Positions 1 through 12,799 of a stretch of 64,000 nt of DNA are shown here, in pieces. Under the pieces are notes generated by a model. The model had not been told where the DNA came from. It made no database searches and was given only the letters and a program-made list of their open reading frames with translations. A program made the translations under genes and the position numbers. The DNA comes from Malacoraja senta (lineage: Eukaryota): positions 3,286,001 through 3,350,000 of the forward strand of contig CM075991.1 of the NCBI GenBank assembly GCA_038087875.1. Direction: 5' to 3'. The stretch's first letter is position 1, and every line of letters starts with the position of its first letter.

Positions 1-1715
1 GGAACCAAAGTAGTTATTCAATTGGTCCGCCATAACCTTGTTCCCCATGATCAATTCACCTGTTTCTGACTGCAAGGGACCTACATTTGTTTTAACTAAT
101 CTCTTTCTCTTCACATATCTATAAAAACTTTTGCAGTCAGTTTTTATGTTTCCTGCCAGTTTCCTTTCATAATCTATTTTCCCTTTCCTAATTAAGCCCT
201 TTGTCCCCCTCTGCTGGTCTCTGAATTTCTCCCAGTCCTCTGGTATGCTGCTTTTTCTGGCTAATTTGTACGCATCATCTTTTGCTTTGATACTATCCCT
301 GATTTCCCTTGTTATCCACGGATGCACTACCTTCCCTGATTTATTCTTTTGCCAAACTGGGATGAACAATTTTTGTAGTTCATCCATGCAGTCTTTAAAT
401 GCCTTCCATTGCATATCCACCGTCAACCCTTTTAGAACTAATTGCCAGTTAATCTTGGCCAATTCACGTCTCATACCCTCAAAGTTACCTTTCTTTAAGT
501 TCAGAACCGTTGTTTCTGAATTAACAATGTCACTCTCCATCCTAATGAAGAACTCAACCATATTATGGTCACTCTTGCCCAAGGGGGCACGCACAACAAG
601 ACTGCTAACTAACCCTTCCTCATTACTCAATACCCAGTCTAGAATAGCCTGCTCTCTCGTTGGTTCCTCTACATGTTGGTTTAGATAACTATCCCACATA
701 CATTCCAAGAAATCCTCTTCCTCAGCACCCCTGCCAATTTGATTCACCCAATCTATATGTAGATTGAAGTCACCCATTATAACTGTTTTGCCTTTGTTGC
801 ACGCATTTCTAATTTCCTGTTTGATGCCATCCCCAACTTCAGTACTACTGCTAGGTGGCCTGTACACAACACCCACCAGCGTTTTCTTCCCCTTAGTGTT
901 TCGCAGCTCTACCCATACCGATTCCACATCCTCCAAGCTAATGTCCTTCCTTTCCACTGCGTTAATCTCCTCTCTAACCAGCAACGCTACCCCACCTCCT
1001 TTTCCTTTCTCTCTATCCATCCTGAATATTGAATATCCCTGGATGTTCAGCTCCCAGCCTTGGTCACCCTGGAGCCATGTCTCCGTGATCCCAACTATAT
1101 CTTAATCATTAATTGCTATCTGCACGTTCAACTCATCCACCTTATTGCGAATGCTCCTTGCATTGAGACACAAAGCCTTCAGGCTTGTTTTTACAACGCT
1201 CTTACCCCTTATACAATTATGTTGAAAAGTGCCTCTTTTTGATTTTTGCCCTGGATTTGTCTGCCTGCCACTTTTACTTTTCACCTTGCTACCTATTGCT
1301 TCCGCCCGCATTTTACACCCCTCTTTTTCTCTGCTCAAGTTTAAAGTCTCCCCAGTAGCCTTTGCAGATCTCCCTGCCAGGATATCGGTCCCCCTCAGGT
1401 TCAAGTGCAACCCATCCTTTTTGTAGAGGTCGAACCTTCCACAAAGGAGGTCCCAATGATCCAGAAATTTGAATCCCTGCCTTCTGCACCAGTCCTTCAG
1501 CCACGCATTTATCCTCCACCTCGCTCCATTCCTACTCTCACTGTCGCGTGGCACAGGCAGTAATCCCGAGATTGTTACCTTTGCTGTCCTTCTCTTTAAC
1601 TCCCCTCCTCTCCCTAAATTCTCCTTTCAGGACCTCTTTTCTTTTTTTACCTATGTCATGGGTACCTATATGTACCACGACCTCGGGCTCCTCTCCCTGC
1701 CCTTTCAGGATATCT
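1..1715 (-). mobile_element. CR1 LINE fragment: ORF1 SGNH-esterase C-terminus and ORF2 endonuclease/linker
   Basis: The minus-strand translation has WCRRQGFKFLDHW...YKKDGLHLN (CR1 ORF1 esterase), followed by LCLNARSIRNKVDEL (start of the APE endonuclease). The + strand ORFs here are antisense shadows. Confidence 0.88.
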
Positions 1716-1719
1716 TGGA

Positions 1720-2080
1720 CGTGTTGATCTCAACTTCCAGTCTGTGCCACTCTGATGTTACTGACCCTGATGAGACTCTCATGCTGAACTGGTTGTAATA
1801 GTCCAGGATGAGATCTGCCACTTAGCCCGGCACATGGTGCTTGGCCATGACTGTCGGATCAGCTTGTGTGGGAAGGAGCCATAGGCATTGGCCAGGTCAA
1901 GCCAGAGCACTGTCAGGTCCCGCTTGTTCTCCCTGGCTTCTCTGATGAGCTGGGTCACCATTCCCGTGTGCTCTAGACACCCCGGCACTCGAGATAAGGC
2001 TCCCTTTTGCACTGAGCTGTCGATGTAGCCATTGCTGGAAAGGAAGTTGGTCAGCCGCCTCGCCACTATGCTGAAGAAGT
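1720..2080 (-). mobile_element. HERO-like (R2-group) non-LTR retrotransposon RT fragment
   Basis: YIDSSVQKG..PGCLEHTGMVTQLIREARENKRDLTVLWLDLANAYGSFPH, continuing after a frameshift as RVSSGSVTSEWHRLEV. These motifs are recalled from HERO-clade RTs. Confidence 0.7.
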
Positions 2081-2162
2081 TCGTAGGATCTATGCTAAAA
2101 ATTATCGTAGGATGAGGGAAGATTTGGTTAACAGGCCCAAATTAATCAAAGTGCAAACAAAA

Positions 2163-2290
2163 TGTGTGGGAGGGAACTGCAGTTGCTGGTATACACCGAA
2201 GATAGACACAAAATGCTGGAGTAACTTGGCGGCTTGGGCAGCATTTCTGAAGAAAAAGAACAGGTGAGGTTTCATTATTTCGAGAGGGCT
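2163..2290 (-). repeat. Penelope-derived terminal-repeat fragment
   Basis: ggaactgcag..agacacaaaatgctggagtaact matches the 3' terminal region of the Penelope copy at 51137-51615. Confidence 0.7.
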
Positions 2291-2912
2291 TGTATACAAA
2301 AACAGGGATATAATGTGGAGGCTATACAGCGCTGGTCAGGCCCTATTTGGAATATTGTGAGCAATTATGGGCACAATATCTGAGGAAGGATGTGCTGGTT
2401 CTGTAGAGGGTCCAGAGGAGGTTTACAAGAATGAACCCAGGGATCCCAGGAAAGGGTGGGTTAACATATGATGAGTCATTAATGGCACTGGGCCTATATT
2501 TGCTGGAGTTTAGAAGAATGATGGGAGGGGGGGACCTCATTGAAATTTATAGCATGGTGAAAAATTTGGATAGAGTGGATATAGAGAGGACATGTCCACT
2601 GTGGGAGAGTCTAGGACTAGAGGTCATAGCCTCAGAATTAAAGGAGATTCTTTTATGAAAGAGATGAAGAGGAATTTCTTTAGTCAGAGGGTGCAGAATC
2701 TGTGGAATTCTTCACTACAGAATGCTGTGGAGGCAAACTCAGTGGATATATTTAAGGCGGAGATAGATACATTCTTGATTAGTACAGATGTCAGAAATTA
2801 TGGGGAGAAGGCAGGAGAATGGGGTTAGGAGGAAGAGGTACATCAGCCATGATTGTATGGCGGACTAGACGAGCTGAATGGCCTAATTCTACTCATATCA
2901 CATGATCTTATG
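2285..2912 (+). mobile_element. CR1 LINE 3' fragment
   Basis: Frameshifted CR1 ORF2 C-terminus (LGLYLLEFRRM, ESRTRGHSLRIKG, FFSQRV) and CR1 3' UTR. Confidence 0.85.
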
Positions 2913-3056
2913 AAGATTGAGCCAAACATGGAGACAGCAGAGATTAACCACCTCTGTTCTGCTCTGGCCAACCAAGGAGCTATGGTCTGGAGGAACCAAC
3001 AGCTGCTTCACGACATTCTCCACAACCTGCAGTCTTTGACTGAGGCTTTCCAACAG

Positions 3057-4322
3057 ATGTCTGACGAGTCTTATAGAATTTTTCGAGGATGTAACTAGTA
3101 GAGTGGATAGGGGTGAACCAGTGGATGTGTTGTATCTGGACATTCAGAAGGCTTTCGACAAGGTACCACATAAGAGATTAGGATACAAACTTAAATCACA
3201 CGGTATTGGGGGTTCAGTATTGATGTGGATAGAGAACTGGCTGGCAAACAGGAAGGAAAGAGTAGGAGTAAACGGGTCCTTTTCACAATGGCAGGCAGTG
3301 ACTAGTGGGGTACCGCAAGGCTCAGTGCTGGGACCCCAGCTATTTACAATATATATTAATGAACAGGATGAGGGAATTGAAAGCAACATCTCCAAGCAAC
3401 ACTAAGCTGGGGGGCAGTGTTAGCTGTGAGGAGGATGCTAGGAGACTGCAAGGTGACTTGGATAGGCTGGGTGAGTGGGCAAATGTTTGGCAGATGCAGT
3501 ATAATGTGGATAAATGTGAGGTTATCCACTTTGGTGCCAAAAACAGGAAGGCAGACTATTATCTAAATGGTGGCCGATTAGGAAATGGGGAGATGCAGCG
3601 AGACCTGGGTGTCATGGTACACCAGTCATTGAAAGTAGGCATGCAGGTGCAGCAGGCAGTGAAGAAAGCGAATGGTATGTTGGCTTTCATAGCAAGAGGA
3701 TTTGAGTATAGGAGCAAGGAGGTTCTACTGCAGTTGTACAGGGTCTTGGTGGGACCACACCTGGAGTATTGCGTGCAGTTTTGGTCTCCAAATCTGAGGA
3801 AGGACATTATAGCCATAGAGGGAGTGCAGAGAAGGTTCACCAGACTGACTCCTGGGATGTCAGGACTTTCATATGAAGAAAGACTGGATACACTTGGCTT
3901 ATACTCGCTAGAATTTAGGAGATTGAGAGGGGATCTTATAGAAACGTACAAAATTCTTATGGGGTTGGACAGGCTAGATGCAGGAAGATTGTTCCCGATG
4001 TTGGGGAAGTCCAGGACAAGGGGTCACAGCTTAAGGATAAGGGGGAAATCCTTTAAGACCGAGATGAGGAAAAACATTTTCACACAGAGAGTGGTGAATC
4101 TCTGGAACTCTCTGCCACAGAGGGTAGTTGACGCCAGTTCATTGGCTATATTTAAGAGGGAGTTAGATGTGGCCCTTGTGGCTAAAGGGATCAGGTGGTA
4201 TGGAGAGAAGGCAGGTACGGGATACTGAGTTGGATGATCAGCCATGATCATATTAAATGGCGGTGCAGGCTCGAAGGGCCGAATGGCCTACTCCTGCACC
4301 TATTTTCTATGTATCTATGTAT
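3057..4322 (+). mobile_element. Young 5'-truncated CR1 LINE (RT to 3' tail)
   Basis: Near-continuous RT and C-terminal ORFs 3103-3405 and 3305-4228 (one frameshift), ending in a ttctatg-type tail repeat. Confidence 0.92.
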
Positions 4323-4360
4323 CTAGATTCAGTGACAGGCAAGTTCAACACCAGCCGCCA

Positions 4361-5395
4361 CTTCTTTGAAGAAGTAAATAGCAGGACAGACAAAGGAGTT
4401 CCGCAGGGGTGGGTCTTGGGGCCGCTTCTCTTCACTTTGTATATTAATGAGTTGGATGAGGGCATTGAAGGCTTTGTGGCCAAGTTTGCAGATGATACGG
4501 AAATTGGTGGAAGGGCAGGTACTGTAGAGAAAGCAGGGACTCTGCAGAAGGATTTGGACAGGTTGGGAAAATGGGCAGAGAGGTGGCAGATGGAATATAG
4601 TGTAGCAAAGTGTGGAGTCATGCATTTTGCTAGTAGGAATAATGGCGTGGACTATTTTCTAAATGGGGAGAGAATCCAGAAATCGGAAGTGCAAAGGAAC
4701 TTGGGAGCTGGTGCAGGATTCCCAAAAAGTAAATCTGGAAATTGAATCGGTAGTAAAGAAAGCAAACTCAATGCTGGCATTTATTGTAAGAGGGCTTGTA
4801 TATAAAAACAGGGATGCATGCTAGGGCTATATAAGGTGCTGGTAAAGCCACATTTGGAATATTGTGAGCAGTATTGGACACCATATCTGAGGAAGGATGC
4901 GCTGGCTGTGGAGAGGGTCCAGAGAAGGTTTACAAGAATGATCCCAGGAATGAGGTTAACTTATTATGATGGGCGTTTGTCAGCACTGGGCCTGTATTCG
5001 CTGGAGTTTAGAAGAATGAGGGGGACCTCATTGATACGTACAGAATAGAGTGGATGTGGAGAGGATGTTTCCACTAGTGGGAGAGTCTAGGGCAAGAGGT
5101 CATAGCCTTAAAATCAAAGGACCTTTTATGAAGGAGATGAGGGTAAATCTATTTAGTCGGAGGTTGGTGAATCTGTCAAATTCTTTGCCACAGAAGGCTG
5201 TGGAGGCCAAGTCAGTGGATATTTTCAAGGCAGAGATAGATGGATTTTTGATTAGTACAGGTGTCGGAGGTTGTGGGGAGAAGGCAGGAGAATGGGGTTC
5301 GGAGGGAGAGATAGATCAGCCACGATTGAATGGCGGAATACACTTGATGGGTCAAATGGCCTCATTCTACTCATATCACTTCTGACCTAATGACT
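4361..5395 (+). mobile_element. CR1 LINE 3' fragment with an internal deletion
   Basis: GVPQGWVLGPLLF, KFADDT and PHLEYC motifs plus CR1 3' UTR. Confidence 0.85.
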
Positions 5396-6639
5396 TCGAC
5401 AACAACACTTGATTCCACTGTTTCTGTTACTCAACCCAGCAGCGAGCCCCAGCTACCTTTACCGTTATGACAGTCACCCAGATAAATGCTGAACCTTGCT
5501 CATCAAGTGCTCTCTGGCCCGCGAGCTTCAGCCATCCATGTTCAATACCGATCGTTCCAAGGTTACCTACATTGTGTCACTGCTCACTCGCCTGGGCAAC
5601 AGCTGTTTGGGAACAGCAGACAGTTTCCTTACTGCTCAAACATTCTACAGTTCACTGATGAGATGAGACGAGTGTTCAGTCACCCAGTCAGCAGTCGAGA
5701 GGCAGCGAACCGAGTGCTTCAACTCCGCCAGGTTTCCCACAGTGTGGCGGAGTATTCCATCGAATTCCACACACTTGCTGCTGAGAGCGATTGGAATGCG
5801 TTATTCTCACTTTCCACTGTGGATTTCCGGTCTCATCAAGACACTTCCCAAAGCTCTTGGATTTTCTCATGTCTCTGGCGATCCGTGGCGTTAATTGCCT
5901 GCGTGAGTGAGTTATAGAGAGAGAGAAAAAAGTTATGAATTTCCACCTAGTTTCTGTCTGAATACATTTGTATTCCCCTTTAAGAAACCCATGTAGCTTG
6001 GGAAAACTGGAATCTTTCCCAGAAACATAGGAAACATTGGAAGAAAAATGCTGTCTTTATTGTGGGCATTCAGGCCATTTTGAATTACCTTGTCCCAAGC
6101 TTAAGGAAAAAACTAGAATACTGATGAATCTGATTAATTCTCCCAACCTCAGTACAAACTGTGCCTTGTTGAAGGCAAGTATCTCCTGGGGGGGGGGGTC
6201 TCAGCCAGACTCTCGTGACTTGCAGTGATTCTGGGTCTGCTGGAAATATTTCCGACATTTCTCATGCAAAGAAATTGAGGATTCCTTAAACTCCTCTTGA
6301 TAAACCCATAATAGTCACGGCTTTAGATGGCAGACCTCTGGGGTCAGAGAAAATCAAACCATTCCACGGAAGCACTTAATTAGTGCTAAACATTTTGAAA
6401 TGATCCAACTCATGGATTCTCCTAAACTTCCCCTCATTCTTGGCCACCCCAGGCTTATCCAATATAACCTTCAAATTGACTGGTCCTCAATTCCTCTGCC
6501 TGTGTTCTTTTGGATTGGACCCTGCGACATTTTTTCTCGACCCCGATTCAAGGAGAAGCCCTTCTGAGATTTAACTTTCACCAACCAGTGCACTCTCCGT
6601 GCTTGGGTCTGCTCTGTTCTTGATATGGTTACGGTAGGA

Positions 6640-7620
6640 AGTGTTGAAGAGCATTAAGGTGGATAAATCACCTCGAGCTGATGGGATTTATCCCATTTTA
6701 TTGAGAGAAGCAAGTGTGGAGATCATGAAATCCTTGACAAAGATCTTGCCGGTGAAACTCGTCAGTGTTAGGGAAGCTATTGGAGAGAATACCACGGGAT
6801 AGGATTTACTGCCATTTGAAGGAGAATTAGTTAATCGGGGACAGTCAGCACATGGCTTTGTACATGGCAGGTTGTGTCTTACTAACCTGATTGAGTTTGT
6901 GAGGAGATGATGATCACTGAGGGCAGGGCAGTGGATGTTGTCTACGTGGATTTTAGTAATGCATTTGATGATCCAAGATAGGTTGATAAAGATGCATGGG
7001 ATCAATAGTGACTTGCTTGTATCGATGCTTACTGATTGAATACAGAATATTGTGGAGGAAGGACAATATTCAGAATGGAGGTCTGTGATCAGTGCAGTTC
7101 TGCAGGGTTCTGTGCTGGGACCTCTTCTGTTGGTGATATATATATATATATATATAGATGACGTGGATGTAAATGTAGATGGGCTGTTGGTAAATTTTCA
7201 GATGACACCAAGAAGGCTAGAGGAAGGCTTTATTGTGAGGAAGGCTTTCAACGTCTGTCTTGAAGATTGTAAAATTATGGAAGGCATAAGCAGGGTAGAC
7301 AGTCAGAGCCTTTCCCCCCAAGATGGAACATTTAAATATAAAAGGGCATAGCTTTAAAGTTGGAGGTACTAAGTTTAAAGATGTGCACAATATCTTTTTT
7401 GCACAGAGGGTGTTGAATGCCTGGAACATGCTGCCACAGTTGGTGGTTGAGGCAGATATGGTGGTGGCATTTATGACGCTTTTCGATAGACATATGAATA
7501 TGCAGGAAACGGAGAGATATGGATTATGAGTAGGGAGATAAGAGATGGTCTTGAATGATGTTTGCCGTGGACATTGTGGGCCAAAGTGCCTGAATTGTGC
7601 TGTACTGTTGTATAAATATG
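6640..7620 (+). mobile_element. Old CR1 fragments
   Basis: Degenerate RT motifs (QGSVLGPLL), C-terminal RVLNAWN and 3' UTR. Confidence 0.75.
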
Positions 7621-7624
7621 AACA

Positions 7625-7743
7625 CTACTGAGTATAACACTCACAAATTTTAAAACGTTGAGCATGACTGAAGAGTCTTTGCACAGTTTTTGTTTTATAT
7701 ATCTTTCATGTTGAATAAAGATTATGTTTGGAAATAAACAAAA
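7625..7743 (+). mobile_element. Short Tx1/L1-type 3' tail
   Basis: Ends tgaataaagattatgtttggaaataaacaaaa, resembling the 3' end of the Tx1 element at 19597 (gaataaagtctattttgaaatttaacaaaa). Confidence 0.45.
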
Positions 7744-7784
7744 TCTATGTTAAATGTCAAAGTTCTGACTCCAGAGAATCAAAG

Positions 7785-8003
7785 TGTTGTGGCGGTCCCT
7801 GGTGGTTAGTCACTCGTGGTGCGAACCTTCGGCTCTGGGGGTTGGGTCATGTGACTAGTTATGGTGGGCAGATCGGGTCACGGGTCCCGGCTGGGGTATA
7901 AATACTGTTGGTAACGCCCTTGCCCCATGTTGTGGTTCTGAGAGCTGTTTTGTGTGAACTTAATAAAATCACTTTGTTTGGCAACATGTGTCTCGCTATA
8001 ACA
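7785..8003 (+). mobile_element. Probable solo LTR
   Basis: TG..CA ends with an imperfect terminal inverted repeat (tgttgtggcg / cgctataaca), TATA-like gtataaata and a downstream aataaa. No clean TSD. Confidence 0.55.
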
Positions 8004-8399
8004 GAGGAATAGTCAGGTAGATGAGGTATGGAATTCAATGCTGAGAAACAGGAAGTGATGCACATTAATAGAAAGCACGAGAAGGGGCAATCAAAAGAGT
8101 ACAATTCTAAAAGAAGAACAAGCATAGATGGACCCACAGCTAAGTATATGTAGAAATGACAGGGCAAGTGTGAAAGGTTGTTCAAAAATAACCACAGTAC
8201 TTGGCATTTCTAAATAAAAACATGGAGTACAAGTACAAGGAAGTCACAATGAATCTTTTCTGGGTCATACTGATGAAACCAAGCTTTTCAACCCACTCGT
8301 CCATGCAGATCCATGCCCATCTTAACAAGTCAAATTTACCCTCTCCCTTGCACACACTTCTATATCAGGAAAGTTAAAACCCCTTTTAAGACAACCCTA

Positions 8400-9180
8400 T
8401 TATTCCTGCACCTTCTCCCAATCTCCATGCATATTTGTTCCGCTAATTTCCACAATTTCTAGTAGGCCTATATACACTCCCAACAAGGTGATCATCCCCG
8501 TTTCTCAGATCAACCCATGTAGCCTAACTGGATGATCCCGCAGTCATCTCAGACGACTGCTGTAATGTTCTCTTTAATCAAAAACTAAACTTTCTCTCCT
8601 TTCTTTTCTCCACCTCTAAGTCAACTGTAGCTCCTGTATCCTGAAACATTAAGTTGCCATTCCTGTCCATTTCTTAGCCATGATTCCGTAATGGCTATGA
8701 TATCCTTGACTCGTGTATCTCCAATTTCATTGTCAGAGTCTTGCATTGAAATAAATGCATTTTAATCCAACGGTCTTTACTTGTGCCCTGCCATGCTCCT
8801 GCCTGCCTTGTATAATGAACATTCTGAAGCTAACCTGTCTCAAATTCCACACCACAGCTTGGATCCCACCTACCTCCCAATTGAGATTAAACCATTCCAA
8901 GTAATAACAGCAAAACTGCCCATCAGGATATTGGTCCCTTTTCACTTCTGGTGGAACCCGTTCCTGCAGGACAGGTTACTTCTGCACCAGATGAGATCCC
9001 AATGATCCAAAAATTGGAATCCCAGCACTATCTCGTCAGCCACACACTCATCTATCCTAAACTCCAATTCCTGCCCTCAGTAATACGTGGCACCTACAGG
9101 TCATCTAGCATCTACAGGTCACTACCCTCAAGGCCCTGCTTTGGAATCTTTTGCCTAACCCTCACATTCACTCCTGTAAT
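8400..9180 (-). mobile_element. Old CR1 ORF1/ORF2 junction fragment
   Basis: LKCIYFNAR endonuclease start and degenerate esterase sequence. Confidence 0.7.
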
Positions 9181-9189
9181 ATAAATAGA

Positions 9190-9625
9190 AGATGAATGTA
9201 ATGTAAAAGCAGAGGAAGGGAAATAGGTCGGGCGGGGGGTGGGGGAGAGTAGTGGGAGAAATGAGTGTGTTTCCAGCTGGGGCACAGGGTAGAGAGATAG
9301 GAATATTTATTCCACTACCCCACTCCATTCCCCGGCCCTTCCCCCAATATCCTTTCCTCAGGCTTCACATTTCACTTCTATGTTATTTTATGGCTTTTTT
9401 GTCTTTTCATGTCTGGCCTTTGTCCACCCATCTGCCAATCACAACCTCCCTCACCTGTGTCCCCCTCTCAGTTGCCAGCATTTTTCCCACCACCACCTCT
9501 TTTCCAGCTTTCTCTCCCTACTACAAATAGTCTGAAGAAAGGTTCCAACTCGAAACGTCTCCCATTCACTTATTCCAGAGATACTGCCCGACCCGTTGAG
9601 TTCTTGAAGCACTTCTGATTTTTAA
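9190..9625 (+). mobile_element. Penelope 3' region fragments with a hammerhead-like motif
   Basis: A pyrimidine-rich PLE 3' UTR leads to tCTGAAGAaaggttccaactcGAAACGTC (9531-9559) and the ccagagat..gagtt terminal motif. Confidence 0.7.
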
Positions 9626-11134
9626 CTAATTGGAGACAGTTGGTTTGTAAGTTTCAAGACTGCACCAACACTGGAGGTGTTGCAGAGAGTGTGGAATCAC
9701 TCCTAAATATTCCACTGACCAACAAATCAACCAACAGTTTAAACTTTTCTCCCACCCGCCGCCACACCGACACAGTGTGTCTGTAGTGTATAACATGGAT
9801 TGGGGGCACTGCTGCAACCTTCTAGAATCTTCCAGATCGCTGGTCTCTGCCACCTGTAGGGAAGAAAAAAGGAGATGGATGAAAAAGGAGCCATTTCCAA
9901 GGTGTTCTCCCAGTTAAATGTAATCTCACTTTGAAATAAACATGGCTGGTCCTTTATTGCATCAGGTTAAACAGCAGTGTTGTAATGTTACACTTACTGC
10001 AGTCTAAAAAACCTTAATTCATTGTTTGCCATTTGTTAGCACATTTTAGAAAATTGTCCAGATTTTGTTGCAGGCAGCCAAAGGCTGCTTCATTTGCAGA
10101 GTAATGAAGAATGTGATAAAAACAAAAAATCTTCATGTGCTGGAAATCAGACACAAAAACAGAAAATACTGGTAAAACTCAGCATCAGTGGAAAGAGAAA
10201 CAGTCAGCATTTGAGGTCGATGCCCATTCAACAGAATCAGTAATGAGAGAGATGCAAGGGACTTTTCATTGGATGAGGAGGCGAGGGAAGGATGTATAAA
10301 GCAACGGGAATGAATGCGATGTGATTAATTGAAATGGCTTCATGGCTGCAGTTACCAGCACATTAAGACACTTTGTCTGGGTAATGAATAGTCAATGTTG
10401 TGGTCAGAACAAACAGGCTAGAACTGATGAATTAGAAAAGAAAATTGACTTGACATGACCAACAAAAATGAAAATGGAATATTCTGGACAACCGATGCAG
10501 GATAGGCAGATTATGTGGAAAGAGACACAGTTAACTTTCCAGATGAGGGACATGCATCAGTCACCACACAGAGAGAAATATGAAGCATTCCACGTTATAC
10601 ATCACACCATTTACCTGGCACTGAACCAGAAGTTGCAAATGAACCATTTTGAATATGTGCCTGGAATAGAACTTGGATGTCAAATTTTCTGACAGAAATC
10701 ACAGTGTGCTACGGAAACATGTTTGTCAGCACACCAATATTTCACAGAAGATACATGAAAGATAAGCGCAGCAAACACCACTCTCCCAGGTGTTTCCTGC
10801 CAGCTCAACAGCAAAAAATGTTTTGCAGAGACAAGCTGTGAATATACTGCAGAATGCGGCCAGTACTTTTTACATGCAATGTTTAAAATATCAGTGACAC
10901 CGTCTCATAAGACCTTTCCTAATTGTGTGTTGGGAGCACAAGACACTGCTTATTGATATTGAACATGGTCATTTCTGCAAGAGGGTGTGTTATTAGAATA
11001 CATATATTAAGATTCATAGCCAACTGCATCAAGTCCTCGTGAAAGCCAATCGTTGCCTTTGTTTTGAAGGAGTTCTAAATGTCAATGGTCGGATAAAATC
11101 CATTAAGGTGGTAAATTAGGGTTTACCACTTTTA

Positions 11135-12605
11135 GGATCCCCAAAAAGTTAATCTGCAAGTCTAATCAGTAGTAAGCAAGGCAAATGCAATGGTAGCATT
11201 TATTTTGAAAGGGCTAGAATATAAAAACAGTGATGTAATGCTGTGGCTATACAAGGCACAGGTCTGACCGCATTTGGAGTATTGTGAGCAGTTTGGGGCC
11301 CCATATCTGAGGGAGGATGTGCTGGCTTTGGAGAGCATCCAGTGGAGGTTTACAAGAATGATCCCAGGAATGATTGGGTTAACATATGATGAGAGTTTGA
11401 CAGCACTGGGCCTGTACTTGCTGGAGTTTAGAAGGATGAGGGAGGACCTCATTGAAACTTACCGAATAATTAAAATGCCTGGCTAGAGTGGATGTGGAGA
11501 GTATATTTCCGCTAGTGGGATAGTTGAGGATCAGAGGCTATAGCCTCAGAATTAAACAATAGACAAAAGGTGCTGGTGTAGGCCATTCGGTCTTCGAGCC
11601 AGCACCACCATTCATTGTGATCATGGCTGATCATTCACATTCAGTACCTCTTTCTCGCCTTCTCCCCATATCCCCTGACTCCGTTATCTTTAAGAGTTCT
11701 TTCTAACTTTCTCTGGAAAGCATCCAGAGAATTGGCCTCCACAGGCAGAGAATTCCACAGATTCAAATCTTTCTGGGTAAAAACATTTTTCCTCATCACG
11801 GTTCTAAATGGCCTACCCCTTATTCGTATCCTGTGGCCCCTGCTTCTGGACTCCCCCAACATCGGGAACATTTTTCCTGCCTCTATCGTGTCAAATCCCT
11901 TAATAATCTTAAATGTTTCAATAAGATCCCCTCTCATCCTTCCAAATTCCAGAGTATACAAGCCCAGCTGCTCCATTCTATCAACATATGACAGTCCCAC
12001 CATCCCTGGAATTAACCTTGTGAAACTACGCTGCACTCCCTCAATAGCAAGAATCTCCTTCCTCGAATTTGTGGACCAAAACTGCACACAATACTCCAGG
12101 TGTGGTCTCACTTGGACCCTGTACAACTGCAGAAGGATCTCTTCGCTCCTATACTCTCTTGTTATGAAGGCCAACATGCCATGAGCTTTCTTCACTACCT
12201 GCTGTACCTGCATGTTTGCTTTCAATGAGTGATGAACAAGGACTCCCAGGTCTCTTTGTACTTCCCTTTTTCCCAACTTGACATCATTCAAATAATAATC
12301 TGCCTTCCTGTTTTTGTCCCCAAAGTGGATAAAGGACTTATCTTGAGAAAGGAGGAGGAATTTCTTTAGTCAGTGGATGGTGAATCTGTGGAATTAATTG
12401 CCATAGAAGGTTGTGGGGGACGTCGATGGATATTTTAAAGTCGGAAATGGACAGATTCTCGATTAGTACGGGTGTCACGGTTTACGGGTAGGGGCAGGAG
12501 AATGGGCTTGACATGTAAAGATAGATCAGCCATGATTGAATGGCGGAGTAGACTTGATGTGCCGAATGGCCGAATTATGCTCCTATAACTTATGAAGTTA
12601 TGGAA
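11135..12605 (+). mobile_element. CR1 3' fragment interrupted by an antisense CR1 (about 11560-12332, minus strand)
   Basis: The + strand CR1 C-terminus resumes at about 12333, after the minus-strand CR1 ORF 11641-12291 and its 3' UTR. Confidence 0.85.
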
Positions 12606-12799
12606 ATTCTGATCTATGCAAGGGATCAGATCCATGGAATTCTATTAAATAATTGAAACATTGGCAAAATATGGTAAGGATAAAAATACAGCAAACATCA
12701 CTAATTATACAGAAACTTCATCCCTTTGTCAGACCTGTCCTGAACCAGAAGTCCATAGGGCATTATTTTCAACAAATGTAATATCATTTATATATAAAT

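Larger units (their letters stand above)
2915..6620 (+). mobile_element. Degenerate Ty3/gypsy (sushi-like) gag-protease region split by two CR1 insertions
   Basis: Gag N-terminus METAEINHLCSALANQGAMV (about 2930-3060), gag core FTDEMRRVFSHPVSSREAANRVLQLRQ..SVAEYSIEF (about 5650-5800), zinc knuckle CLYCGHSGHFELPCP (about 6050-6095) and protease-like DSGSAGNI (about 6227-6250). Confidence 0.8.

Noticed and set aside
245..1105. Plus-strand ORFs of 113-147 aa, and many similar ORFs across the window
   Set aside because: They are antisense shadows of LINE ORF2 coding sequence.
1102..1554. Apparent esterase-endonuclease fusion ORF
   Set aside because: It is best explained by a deletion or junction removing the CR1 ORF1 stop in a decayed copy. 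Both halves are partial.
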